A stretch of 63,960 bases of DNA, the filler included, from Barthelona sp. PAP020 (lineage: Eukaryota), in assembly GCA_040182905.1 (NCBI GenBank). It is 3 parts of 3 records of this genome, joined end to end, with 100 filler letters (N's around TTAATTAATTAA, not from the genome) between each part and the next. Parts side by side here need not be neighbours in the genome. Positions count along the whole stretch, not along the records: positions 1 to 22,455 come from JARQWU010000175.1; positions 22,556 to 44,836 come from JARQWU010000176.1; 1 more part is not named here. The stretch is one strand, 5' to 3'. Of the stretch, positions 22,202 to 34,900 are shown piece by piece; positions within the stretch are counted from its first letter, which is position 1; each line of letters opens with the position of its first letter. The notes below the pieces were generated by a model. The model was given only the letters and a program-made list of their open reading frames with translations. It made no database searches and had not been told where the DNA came from. A program made the position numbers and the translations under genes.

Positions 22202-22455
22202 CTATCTTGTTTTATAAACAACTTCAGTCCTTAATCTAGGTAAAATACACATTGCCATCAATTCTTGGAAAAGCAATTTTGTAGCATAGGGAACCTCAAC
22301 CAAAGAATAATCTTCATGAACACCACCGCAATTTTTGCAGTGAGGCTTGCCATTAGAGTCCAATTGACAAATTAAACCACAACGATCACAAATCCAAATA
22401 TCATATCTGTCTGAATTCAAGAATAATCTGTCTCGCAACAATTGAGAAGAACCGT
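22202..22455 (-). CDS. RPB2: RNA polymerase II second-largest subunit, C-terminal fragment (5' part lost at the contig break)
   Basis: LRDRLFLNSD, a CxxC...CxxC zinc ribbon and PYATKLLFQELMAM-I-PRL. ELMAM fits RPB2 better than RPC2, which typically has ELQSM. Confidence 0.85.
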
Positions 22456-22555
22456 NNNNNNNNNNNNNNNNNNNNNNNNNNNNNNNNNNNNNNNNNNNNT
22501 TAATTAATTAANNNNNNNNNNNNNNNNNNNNNNNNNNNNNNNNNNNNNNNNNNNN
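22456..22555. other. Artificial contig-joining spacer
   Basis: 44 N + TTAATTAATTAA (stop codons in all six frames) + 44 N; identical to 44837-44936. Confidence 0.97.
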
Positions 22556-23481
22556 TTCCACTGAGATGATATCTTCACAAATATTCAATATTTTTGCAAA
22601 ATTGGACCAAATGTTGAGCAATATTGAAGATGAACATCACCCATGAAATTATGAAATTTTTTCGTTCCTTTCCTTTTCATAAAATGTGAATTCTTTTTAC
22701 CCAAAGTGAAGTTATTCATCTATTTTTACCAAATATTTATCAGATTGACTCATTTTTAACTTTTGAAAGTTTTTGAATTTCAAGTGATAAAATTTTTCTT
22801 TCTTTTTCCAGAAAATCAGTTGAGCTTTTTCAATAAACAAGATAAATACTCACATTGGTTTTCTTTGGGAAAGAATAAATAAAAGAACAAAAAATTTTTC
22901 TAAATGTGGGTCCGAAAAAATTGAATTTTTAGGTATCAATGGTGTTTCAATAGAAAGAAGTCCCTCAATATTCTAAAATCCCAAGTTTTTCCACTATTTT
23001 GTTGGAACTTATTGGTTTTATTGCACTTTTTTTGTTGAATTATCATCCTCAATTGAAAAGTCTGCTAAATGCGACAATGTTCACATTGATTTGCTAAAGA
23101 AACAGATTTTCACCAAATTAATGTTCATTAGTCACTCTTAAAATCAAAATCAAAGGGAAAATTTGAGATGATGAATCTTTGGGGAAGTAAAATTGTTTGT
23201 TGATGATTTATTGTTGCCTAAAGGAAATATATATGAGTTAAACAATGGAGATCCTACGTTGGAGTACTATTACCCCTAAAATTGAACTGTTTAAGAAAAT
23301 ATTGATAGAATTGTAAAGTTACATTGAATAAACAATCAACTAATTGTTTCTGTTCCTTTTTTTTTTTGTTAAAATACAGATAAAATGAAATACATTTTAT
23401 GGAAAGGTTAAAGACTAAACTGAATTTATTTTGTAATTGGAAGATTTATCAAACACGATTCTTTTTTTGGTAAGTTTGAAT

Positions 23482-24687
23482 ATGATTACCACAAGAGCTA
23501 TTAATGAAATTTTTAGTTGGAGAATCGATGATGAAAGAGCTAATGTAATTGAAGAAGTTACTTTTAACCGTATGTTTGATTGTAAGTATTCACCAAATGG
23601 TGAGTATTTTGTCATTGGTAATAATAATAAAAGTTTGCTTGTGTTTAATGTTAAAACTAGAGAATTGATTCATACTTTGGGTGATCACACAGAAAGTGTT
23701 TTTTGCGTTGCTTTTTCAGTAAATGAACAGATGTTGGCATCCTGTTCTTTTGATGGAACCATTATCATTTATAGTTTGCCAGATTTCTCTATTATAAGGC
23801 GAATAGATAATCAACGATATGTTTATTGCATTTGTTTTTCGTTATGCTCGAATTATTTGTATTCTGGAGATCATGATGGGAAAATAAGAAAATGGGACAT
23901 TCACAATGGTGTTGGCGTTTTGGACAGCGTTGTATTGGAATCCAATATTCATTCCAGTTGGATTTGGAGGATGATACTCTCATCCGATGGAAAATATCTT
24001 TTAACTGCAGGCAACGATAAAACTGTAAAATTAATAGAAGCTTCAGATTTTTCTGTCCTTCACACATTCAATCACACTGGGCATCCAAGAGCCATTAGTT
24101 TCAATTTGGTGAAACGGATCGTTGCTAGTGGGGATATGTCCAATGAAGTCAAGATTTGGAACTTTGATACTGGATTAGTCATTCATTCATTTGATATTGG
24201 AGGTATGGTGTTTTGCCTTAATTTTTTGACACCTCATATCCTGTTTGTAATGTCTGGTAATGGTTATATCACTTTGTACAATGCAGATAACTTTCAAGAA
24301 CTTCAAAGAGTTTATTGCAACTGTGATTTAAGTTGGTTTTCCTTTGACGTATCCCCCGACAGAACACAATTGGTATGTGGACGATGCAACGACAATTGCA
24401 TCAAGATATATCCACTCATTCCCTCAATTGATTCATTTCATTTTTCGGCAGTTGTCGATCTATCCAGAAATGATGGAGAAGTTTTGTCGACACTTATTTC
24501 TGCTGGTATAGATTCATCTGTAATTCGACAGTTGGTTGCTTGTGGGATTTGTATGAGTGTGGAAGAATACAAGATGATCGTTGACACTTGTTGGGATTTA
24601 GTTGATATCAATGAAAACAAAGGTGGGAATATGCAAAAGTTTTTGGAGGTAAATAGGGTTGAAATAGGTGACAGTGATGATGATTAG
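23482..24687 (+). CDS. WD40-repeat protein with a non-WD C-terminal tail
   Basis: About 7 WD repeats (e.g. HTESVFCVAFS...LASCSFDGTI, HSSWIWRMILSSDGKYLLTAGNDKTV). First ATG at 23482. Confidence 0.9.
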   Translation: MITTRAINEIFSWRIDDERANVIEEVTFNRMFDCKYSPNGEYFVIGNNNKSLLVFNVKTRELIHTLGDHTESVFCVAFSVNEQMLASCSFDGTIIIYSLPDFSIIRRIDNQRYVYCICFSLCSNYLYSGDHDGKIRKWDIHNGVGVLDSVVLESNIHSSWIWRMILSSDGKYLLTAGNDKTVKLIEASDFSVLHTFNHTGHPRAISFNLVKRIVASGDMSNEVKIWNFDTGLVIHSFDIGGMVFCLNFLTPHILFVMSGNGYITLYNADNFQELQRVYCNCDLSWFSFDVSPDRTQLVCGRCNDNCIKIYPLIPSIDSFHFSAVVDLSRNDGEVLSTLISAGIDSSVIRQLVACGICMSVEEYKMIVDTCWDLVDINENKGGNMQKFLEVNRVEIGDSDDD

Positions 24688-24964
24688 CTTGATATTTAGT
24701 GGATTTATCATATTAGAAAAACCAAATCTGTAAATTTGATCTGTTTTGTTTTTGAGTTATAAATATGAAAATTTATGAATTTCACGTACATTAGTGTGCC
24801 ATTTATTCACGGTAAAACTTCAAATAATGAAAATTTCATCAAGAAAAATGTGAAATGGTTTAAAGAGAATTTGAATTGTCTTTTCATATTAAGCTGTTTG
24901 TTAAATCGTCTTTCAAGTAACTTCCATCAATATGAATGAAAAAAGACAAAAAGAAAAGAAAAAT

Positions 24965-25669
24965 TTACACGAACATCGACAAAAATTTGAAAATCAAATT
25001 AATTTTATGTTGAAATTGATGAAAAAACTCCAAGTGTTTTGACATAATAAAAAAACAACACAATAGTAAAAAATATGAAAAATCTTTGACAAAAGTATTG
25101 ATAGATTCATTTTTAAATATTCCTTTGATAAACACATTTGATTTATTGATGAAATCAGAAATAGTTGAATTTTTTGTTAATATACTGTGTAACACATCAT
25201 TTGATTAATTTATGAATTCAACAACATCATTAACAGCATTTATATCATCCTTCATTTCTTTACGAATTCTTTTCAAACGTTCCGTGATATCAATATCTTT
25301 AGTTGTATCTTTGATATTAATTTGAGAAAACAACTGTTCTCTTTTTTCTTTTCTCGATAAAAATCCATCATTAGAAATATGATGCATGCTAACAGTATTT
25401 AAACTTTCTCTCTAAAATCTATTTCAACATTGACTAAACGAGGTTTATAATCCGAAAAAAATTTTGCAACGGAATTGATGTTATCTTCATTCAAATTACA
25501 ATCCATTTGATCAAAATTCATTGAAAATTCATTATATATAAACCCAAATATTATGGTTTTGGGAATTTCTTTTGCCGAATCACCAATATTTTTCAACATT
25601 TCTTTGTTCAATATCGTCAATATCTTTAAGTATCTCAGTTATTGATAATAATTCCATTGAATTAATCAT
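24965..25669 (-). pseudogene. Disrupted gene of unknown function (two frameshifts and one in-frame TAA)
   Basis: Four abutting protein-like minus-strand ORF pieces. 25205-25387 and 24965-25195 are in the same frame, separated by a single TAA at 25205-25207. Confidence 0.55.
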
Positions 25670-25995
25670 AACAAATGAAAAAACAAAAAAAAACAAAGCC
25701 TTACTGAAGATCTTCCAAAAATTTCCACTTGACTGAGTAAAAAAAATTATAGATACCTGTTTCTTAATTCTACAGTTAACATGTGAAGTTTTATTAAGCA
25801 GTTGAAAATGATGAATGTCAAATATCAAGTAAAATTATAAAAAAAGAGGAAATGAAAGAATTTACTCTTTAAAAATATAAAAGTGTATGTTTTCAATTTT
25901 TTTCTCAAAGTTCTATTTGGGCTAAAAAAAAAAAAGACAAAAACTGGAAAAAAATTCATTGCTCTCTAAATCAATTTTTTTTCAATCAATCAATC

Positions 25996-28900
25996 ATGTT
26001 CCTGTTTAAATTGAAAGTTCTTAAAGGAGATTTTGATCCAACCATTGTTATAAGTGATGAAAAACGGTTGATTGCACATTTTAAAGATAATGATGCAAAA
26101 ACTTACAATTCTTCAGAGGCAAAGGAGATTACTATTGAAGTTTCTAGGGGAATATTATTTACTTATTATATATTTTATGTCGAATTACCAAAAGGAGGAG
26201 TTTATCAAATCAATTTTTCATGGAATGATAATATTTACATTTCGAATGATAATTCTTCATCTTTATTGACCAACAATTATATTCAAGAATTGAGAAATGT
26301 TGAATATAATGATCAATTTCAAATTAAAAAAATTTATGAGTTTTCACAAAAATTTTGGGTTGAAAATTTAAAGATACCGAATAAATTGACACAAGCTTTA
26401 ACAAATGACACAATAACAATAAAATTTTATGATAATCGAGAATTTTCACACAAAAATGAAGATGAATGTGCAATGGAACTTCAAGTTCAGGACAGTGAAG
26501 GAACAAAATACTTTCAATTTCATTTTTTAACTGATTGTAACTCCGATAAATTATCATTTTCCCTAAAATGTGGGAATGAAAATTTAACATGGGAATCTCC
26601 ACAAGCAAAAGCCAAAAAAAGCATTCGAAGTACATATGATATTAGTGGATTACGTTTTTCACCAATTGTAGGTAATGAAAGATACTATCATTTAGAAAGG
26701 GAATCCACAAATACACCCCAGTTTGATGAGGAAAAATTGAAAAATATGAGTAAAAAATGGTCATTATCAACATGTAAGATTAGTGTTGATGATATTATTG
26801 AGGGAATTTCAAAAAAATCTAATAGTTTTGTTTTTACAGAAACTGTCAAAAAGAATTTTAAGTTGTTGATAAACTTTATTTTGTCAGGTGAACATATTCT
26901 TTTGGAAGGAGTTTCTTCATGTGGTAAATCTCGACAAATTACTGAAATTTCTGATTATTTTTTTAACGATTTATTTGAAACACAATTAAAAGGTTGCAAG
27001 CTGATAAGGTATACTTTAAACAATACTGTTAGTTCTGAGGATTTAATGAGTAAGATTGAAGTTAAACATGGGATTTGGAAGCATAATTTGGGTGTTTTTG
27101 CTGAATGTTTCAAAAAAGGATATTGGTTAGTTTTAGATGAGTTTAATTTAGCAAAAAATGAAGTATTACAGACAATTCAAACCGCAATTGACACAAAATC
27201 TTTGAATTTCCCTTCATTTTCTAAAAATTATTCATCAGAAGAAATCACAATGCATCCAAATTTTCGTTTATTTGCAACAATGAATCCTTCAACAGGTGAT
27301 TATGATGGAATGAGAACAGTGTTGACTCAAGATATTTTATCACGTTTTCAGCGGTTTCAATTTCGTGCTTTCTCCATTGATTTGACAGACGAAAGAAAAG
27401 AAAGTAAAATAGATGAAATTGAAGATTTTATTAGAGGTTTAATTGAATTGAAATGTAGAGTGGGTCAACCATTGGAAGAAATATCTAATAATATATCAGG
27501 AAAGCGTAACCTAAGATTATTGATCTATAATATACATAAGAAAGCGATTCTTCTTTTTACTGATCAAACTTTCACTATTCGTCAAATATTGGCAGTTTTT
27601 GGTACTTTTACAAACATGTTACAGGACAACAGTGAGTATTATGATTTTGTCGATCATATTTTACTGGTTTATGGATTTAGTAGCTTGAAAGATGATGGAA
27701 AATTTAATGAGTTCAAAACATTTGTTGAAGAAAAATGGAATACATTTCAAAATCATGAATCTTCTTTTGTAAAAAAACTTGAAATTGACAGCCGTCCAAA
27801 AACAATTCGACAACGACAAATAACTCAATTTCTTTCAGATAAAATTGAACTTCCAGAGAATGATGACATCAAGAGAGTTAATTTTTTGATTAATGAGTTT
27901 CTTTTAAAGATCAATTCTCTCTTATTCTTTGAAGAAGAATTCATACAAGACACTATCATCTCATTTCCAAGTCCTCCTCTTATTATTCAAAATAATACGA
28001 AAGAAACAATAATTTCAAGTGAAGAAATATTTGATGCATTGATCAATAGAATGGAAGTTTATTGCAATAATTTCTCTATTTTGAGACATATTTCTTCCAA
28101 AATATTTTCTGGAATCAGTAAAGAATTAAAGAAAAAAGAAAAAGGCATATTTTTGATGGAATCCTTGAGAAACAATTGTTATTTTTCATTAAGAGGAACT
28201 GTTGAAAATAATCCTGATTTCAAACATGTTTTGTATTCTAACAGTTTTAAATTTGGTTCTTATAATGTAAGAGACATGATTAAACATTCTCTCTTTGCCA
28301 ATTCTTTGGGTTTTCATGTTTGTTTCACAGGAGATGTGGGTTGTGGCAAAAGTACTTTGATGAGATTAACAAGCATAGCCATGGGACAGCCTCTTAATAC
28401 GTTGATGTTATTTGCAGATTCTAACAGAGATCTCATTTTGGGAAGTCAAGATATTTCATCTGGAAAGGACGGCAATTTAACAGTAGAATTTGTAAAATCA
28501 ATATTGTTAAAAGCTTTGGAAGAAAAAAAAATCATTTTAGTTGAAAATATCAATGAACCGGATAGTACTGTTACCGAATTGTTGAATGCATTTTTAGAAC
28601 AAAATACCAAATACACAGATGCTATTTGGCAGCTTCCTGATCTTTTGGATAAAGAACTGGTGATTAAGGACAGTAAGTTCTTTTGCACTTCAAGATTGAA
28701 TAAATATGGAAAAATAGATCTTTCTATTGCTTTTCAAAACAGATTATGTGTGTTCTTTCTTCCCAACAAACATATTAGAAGAGATAGACTTCAAAAAGAA
28801 ACATTTGATTGTATAATTCCCATGTTGAAATTGTTTCCACAGGTTGATAGATTTCATACAGCACTTGCTTTTGGAATTAGATTGGTTTTAATGTCAAAAC

Positions 28901-31900
28901 CAGAAAATTTTGCCTACACCCATGAAATCTTTAAATTTATTGATTTATTTACACTTCTTTGTTCGAAGGGTATTAATACTGATTTATATTCCATTACTAA
29001 ACAAACTGCTTTGTTATGTAATCCTGAAATTGCAAAGCAAAATGAAAATAATAAACATTTAAGCATTTTAGAGATCTTGAAAGTTTTTTCACCATTTATT
29101 AAAGTTTTGGCCGAAGTTGAAACTGATGGATATCCAACAGATTTTGAAATAAACGCAGCTTTTAAACGTTTTGAATGGGAAAAACCAGTATACAAGCTTG
29201 AAGATGATCTTAAAGATCACATGCTTGTTCCATTAGAACAATTTGACTCCATTAGAGAACCTGTTTTCAAATATGTCAATGAAACTGAAAGAACGAAAAA
29301 AATCATTTTTAAAGCGAAAGACAGTTTGTCATTTGAAAATGACTTGAATTTAACCGGAAATTTTGGCATTTATGAGGAATGTTTTGAATCAAAAGAAAAG
29401 TTCATTGTTGATAAGAGTGTTGAATCCCAGTATGTTTCTTTGGAGAATATTTGTCAATGTTTACAGCTAAAGATACCAATTCTGTTGAATGGTCCCCCTG
29501 GAATAGGTAAAACAGCAATGTGTATACATATTGCAAAAACAAGGAGAGTTGAAGAAAGTTCAAAAGACTTTAGACTAATTCATTTTTCCAATGATACAAC
29601 AATTTCTTCAATATATGGAGAAAAAACATTTGCTAAAGACCAATCTTCTACCCGTTTTAAGGATGGTCCATTAACGGAAGCTATTAGAAATGGATATTTA
29701 ATTATTTTTGATGAATTCAATTTGGCACCATCTTTTGTGTTGGCATCCTTGGGATTGATAATGAATTCAAATATTGGTTATGTGATAAACCCCATCTCCA
29801 ACGAAGTCATTCCTATTCATCCTAATTTTGCTGTTATTGCAACCCAAAATCCAAAAGGTTTCAAAGGAAGAAAAGAATTGCCAAATGAAATAATTGGAAT
29901 GTTGACTCAAATACAAATGCATGATTTGACTTTTGAGGAAATTGAAAAGATTATGATTCAAAGACATGATGGTGGAGGAATTGAAGAGGAAAGTCTTTCA
30001 ATTATTCTTAAATGGTGTGAATTGTTTTGGCCATCTAAAATGAGAGACGATTTGATTCGTAGTAATTTATTAAAGAAGATTACCATTCGAGATATAATAA
30101 AATTGTGTGATAGATATTTAAATTTTCCAAATTGTGACATTAACATTATTGTTATTGAGTATATTTTAGGATTATGTTCATCTAAGGAAACTCTTGAAAG
30201 TTTTTTGGAAACAAAACCAAAACTGAATGGAATAAACAATCTCAAAACTGAATGGTTTGAAATTGCTTTGAAATTTTTGTCATGTAAATTCGAAGCCAGA
30301 TGGGATGGTTTGACACTTGAAATATTTGGTGATGAACGAACTAGTTCTTTGATTGAATTGAAGATGCAGAAATATTTTGAGGTTGAAAATTTAACTCAAA
30401 ATGCATTGAAAATGCTCAGGTATTTAATGTTGGCTGCCGCAAACTTTTCAAAGAATCCCAACAAAAATCCAGAATCTTTGTTGTTTGTTGGACCAAAATG
30501 CTTTCAAAGAGATTTGATTGTGAAATTCAATGAAGCTTATTTCAATAATCAAATAACTTTTTCCGAATTAACCCCTGAAACAACAGCTTCTCAATTATTA
30601 GGAAGTCAAACGATTAAGAATATTGAGGGTAATGATTTATTGAATTACAGTAATCAATTATTAGGTGATTTTCATGAAAGTTTGTGTAATTTTTTGAATA
30701 GAGAAGAAAAAATGGACCTTTTAAGAAATGGTAAAGTCGAATTTGATGGAAAGAATTCTTTTGTTACAGAAGACAAACTGTTGGAACATTATGAAAGAAT
30801 TTTTGAATTTTCCAATTTTAAATACAAAAAATGGTTTTATAGATTAAAGAATTCTTTTGAAAATTTACTGCAATATTTTAGCAGTTTAACATCAATTTCT
30901 AAGAGAAATGAATCAAGCAAAAGCAAAACAAATTTTATTTTTACTTTTTTAAATGGTGTTGTTTCAAATGCTGTTATCAATGGTGATGGTTGTATTATGA
31001 ATAACATTGATAAAGCACCCACAAACAGTGTTGAACGTCTTAATAGCTTATTAGATGTTGATCGTTCTTTTAAAATTGATGACAGTGAGAGTAGATGCAA
31101 TAAAGTTCCTGAAATTTGTATGTTTTATTGTACAATAAATCAAAGCAGTTCAAATCCTGTTCTTAAATTAAGTGATCCTTTGTTATCTAGACTTACTACT
31201 GTTCTTTTTGAAGGTTATGAAAGAGATGATTTGATAGATGGGGTTATTAATTTTTCTCATCCATCTTTGAACATTGATGAACAAGAAACTTTAAGAAGAT
31301 GTTTCAAAAATATATGTGCTAATTTTTCATATGTTCCCACATTTAATGAATTATTGCATATTGTTCGTCGTGCAAGAGCTTTCGTGAATATTGAAGATTT
31401 TGAGATTCGCTTATATATCAGTTTCATGTTAACCTGTTCTGATTTATTTAAAACTTTTGAAGATTTTCTTAAGTATTTTAGTGATAAGTCTGTAGGTGGA
31501 CCTGACTGTAAAAAAGCTTTTGATTCTTTAATTCTATATATGAAGGAAGATGATCCCAAACAAAATTATATTGTGACTGAAAAATCCATAATCAGTGGTG
31601 ATATTACTAATAAAATATATTGGGAAGTAAATTATCCTCATAATGCTTTGGAAGTATCTATCAAAGAAGAACAATTAGAGCCTCTGAATTTCACAAAGAA
31701 TTTGTTTATGTACACTCTTATTTCATTACAAACTCACAGTCCTTTGCTTTTAGAAGGCATTCCTGGTATTGGCAAAACAGCTATTGTGAAACATTTGGCA
31801 GATAAAATGAATTGTACATTGATTAGAATTAATCTCAATTCATCAAATACATTCGATGAAATATTTGGAAAACTTGAAAAAGCTCAAGGTGATACAACTG

Positions 31901-34900
31901 ATTTTCAATTTAAACCTGGTGTAATATTACAAGTATTAGAAGGCTACAAAGTTGATGGAGCAGATTTTTCCAAAGTATGGGTATTGTTTGATGAAATTAA
32001 TCTTGCTCCATCTGAGTTGTTGGAGGAATTGATTCAATTTATTGATTTATGTGCAAAAGGTACTGGAACATATACACCACCTGTTTGTGGAGCCCCCCAG
32101 ATGGATATAAAAGCTTTCGTTCCTGTATTTGCAACAATGAATCCTTCAACATTAACCTCAAATAGAACTAGAATATCTGATGATGTTTTGGAACATTTCA
32201 TCTGTGTTAAATTGCCAAATATTTCTTATAGTGATATGGATAGATTATGTGACAAGCGTTGGAGTATTTTAGATCATTGGATCAAACAATGTAAGATAAT
32301 TCACAAAGAGGCGTGTAAGCTGGTTGAAGAAAATAATTTGAGAACAAATATTGGAATTAGGGAAATTTTAAAACTTCAAAGCATAATTGAAGCAGTTCCA
32401 AGCAATATAGGATTGGCTAAATATTCACTTTTAATTGCATCTTGTTTGAATGTTGTGTATGGGGCTTCTTTTGATGAACCTTCATTTCGTTTTCGTATAA
32501 TGAGCAAAATAAAAAAAGTTATTGAAAAAAAAGGAAATTTAACTTTTTTGAATGACATTTCTCATGATGAGAATCATTGTTGTATCAACAATATTCCCTT
32601 ACCAATGGGTGATGAACCTTATTCACAAGTATTGAAAGATAATCTTAATTTAGTTGAACATTCTATTTTTAAATTGAATTTAGCAAATATAATGGCTGCA
32701 TATCAAAGTAAACGAGCTATTTTATTGAAAGGACCATTGGCTTCTGGTAAGACATCTTTAGTACAATATTTTTCACAGATTACTCGAAGAAAATTGTTAA
32801 TTATTAATGTTGATGAGGAAACGTCAGCTTCAACGATTGTTGGATCTTATTTTCCCGCTTTGCAACTTGTATATAATGAAAAACTTCATGATTTAAAATA
32901 TTGTTTGAGTATTTTAAAAGAATTTGATCAAAAAATGCCTATCGATGACAGTAGATACAAAAGTTTTAAAGATAAGTTCCCAAATTTTTTTAGCATTGAC
33001 AAGTTCAACTGTTTTTGTGAATTATTCAATGGAAAGAATGGAAAAACATTCAACCTAAATATGCAATCTATGATGAAACAAATGCAAAAGATCATTGAGA
33101 AACATCAACCTAATAACAAGAAGATTATGAATGCTGTTGAAACGTTGGGAATTTTGTTGATAGAAATTGGAAATTACATGGATTCTTTTACTTTTGTGTT
33201 GAGTGATATTATTTTTGCCCTTCGTAATGGTTGGAATATTTTAATTGATAATGTTTCAGCAGGATCTGTTGATTTACTTGAAAGATTCAATTCATTGTTG
33301 GAGGATATTCCAGAACTTATTGTGTTTGAAAGATGTCCAAGATTAGAAATGAAAACAAAGAAACTTTCTTCAAATTTGGAAAAAGATCTTGAAGAAGTTA
33401 AAGCCAAAAATAAAAATTTGGTTAATTCAATTGATCAATCACCAAATGAAAAAGAACAAACCGATTTCTATATTCATCCCCATTCACGGATTTTCTTTAC
33501 TGTGTGTGATAATAAGCAAGCGAGAAAAAGTTTACCCCCACCGTTTTTATCAAGAGTTGTTACAGTTCCAATTATTGGTATTGATGATGATATAGATATC
33601 ACAACAACCAATAACAATGATGAAACTTTCAAACAATGTATCTTTGAAATATTAATGGCCAGAAGAAACAGTGAAAGCAAAAGTGAAACCAATTTAATAA
33701 CCAAATTTTTCACCTATTTCAGTATTGTTTTTGTTAGATTGCATCGATTAGTTACAGGTGGCCACTCTAACACCAAGAACCATATTTTGGCTTTTGCTAC
33801 TTCTTATGTTGGGGATTCACAACCAACATTGAGAGATTTGATGAGATTGCTTGACGATATTACCATTGAATCTATTTTAGAAAAATATGGAGCTTCTGAT
33901 AAGAAGAATTTATTAAAAGAAATAAAGAAACATTTGAAGAATAGCATATTACGTAGGTATGGAGCTTTTATTAAATTTGAGCATTTAGAATTGTTTAAAG
34001 AAAGCATTGATGATATTATTAATGCAACGTTTAAGGAAAAAGTGAAATTAAGAAGAATTGCAAATTGTTTTGATAGTTTAAACGATATAATGAGTGATTT
34101 TTTGAAAAAGAAGGATTTTGACACTGAAGATAAGTATGTTGACTCAATATCTGAATTTGCACATTCTTTTAGATCCAGTTTTATGGAATTATCTTTGTCT
34201 GACGTTTTGAACGAATCAAGGAAAAGTAAAGAAAAACAAGATTCCAGTGTGAAGAATTCTTCATATGATAAGTTAACTTTTTCGAGTGTTGTTACCGCTA
34301 AAAATCAATTTGAAGATTCTATCAAATTAGTTGAAGCCAACTCAAATGATTTTATGAATAATTTTGATCGATTTAAACTTAGTTTAATTGATAAGAAATT
34401 AAAATACATAATGATTGAATGGATAAGTGCGAACATCGAATTTATGGTTAATAGTATTGAAGAAGCATATAAAACAAGAGCTAAAAAGAAGAATGATGGA
34501 TTTAGTCACAAATTTAGTAGTTTTATAAATGAAGAAACCAATGATAAAGTTGAATCAATATCATGGACTAGTGAATCTATGGTTCGAAATATCAAAAAAT
34601 GTTGTAATATTTTACTGTTGTTGCCAAACATTTATCAGAAAGTTTTGAAAGATTTTGTTGAAAATTTACCAAAGAATGTTGGTTTTCATGATTTTAAGAA
34701 GAATATCGAAAATTTAGACATGTCTTTGGTTTGTATTAACAGATATCTCAAATTTATGAAATATGAAATTCCTTTAACACAAGATATGAAAGAAGAACTA
34801 ACAAGTATTTCTGGAAAAAAAGAATGGTCACAAACTTTTAAAAAATCAAGCACACCATTCAGTCAATTGAATGTCAGGAAATCGTCAATGAACGTGAATT

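Noticed and set aside
22500..22511. Palindromic TTAATTAATTAA inside N runs (also 44881-44892) as a biological repeat or recombination site
   Set aside because: The identical 44N-12-44N layout with six-frame stops marks a synthetic concatenation linker.
22556..23400. Short minus-strand frame (MNNFTLGKK...) and other scraps at the start of contig 2
   Set aside because: It stops after about 44 codons with no recognisable motif. It may be decayed coding DNA, but this cannot be supported.
25205..25207. In-frame TAA as evidence for a TAR=Gln genetic code
   Set aside because: Conserved genes end at the expected positions with TAA (PES1, CFAP300), TAG (Raptor, RPB2) and TGA (ARPC5), and long ORFs contain no internal TAR.
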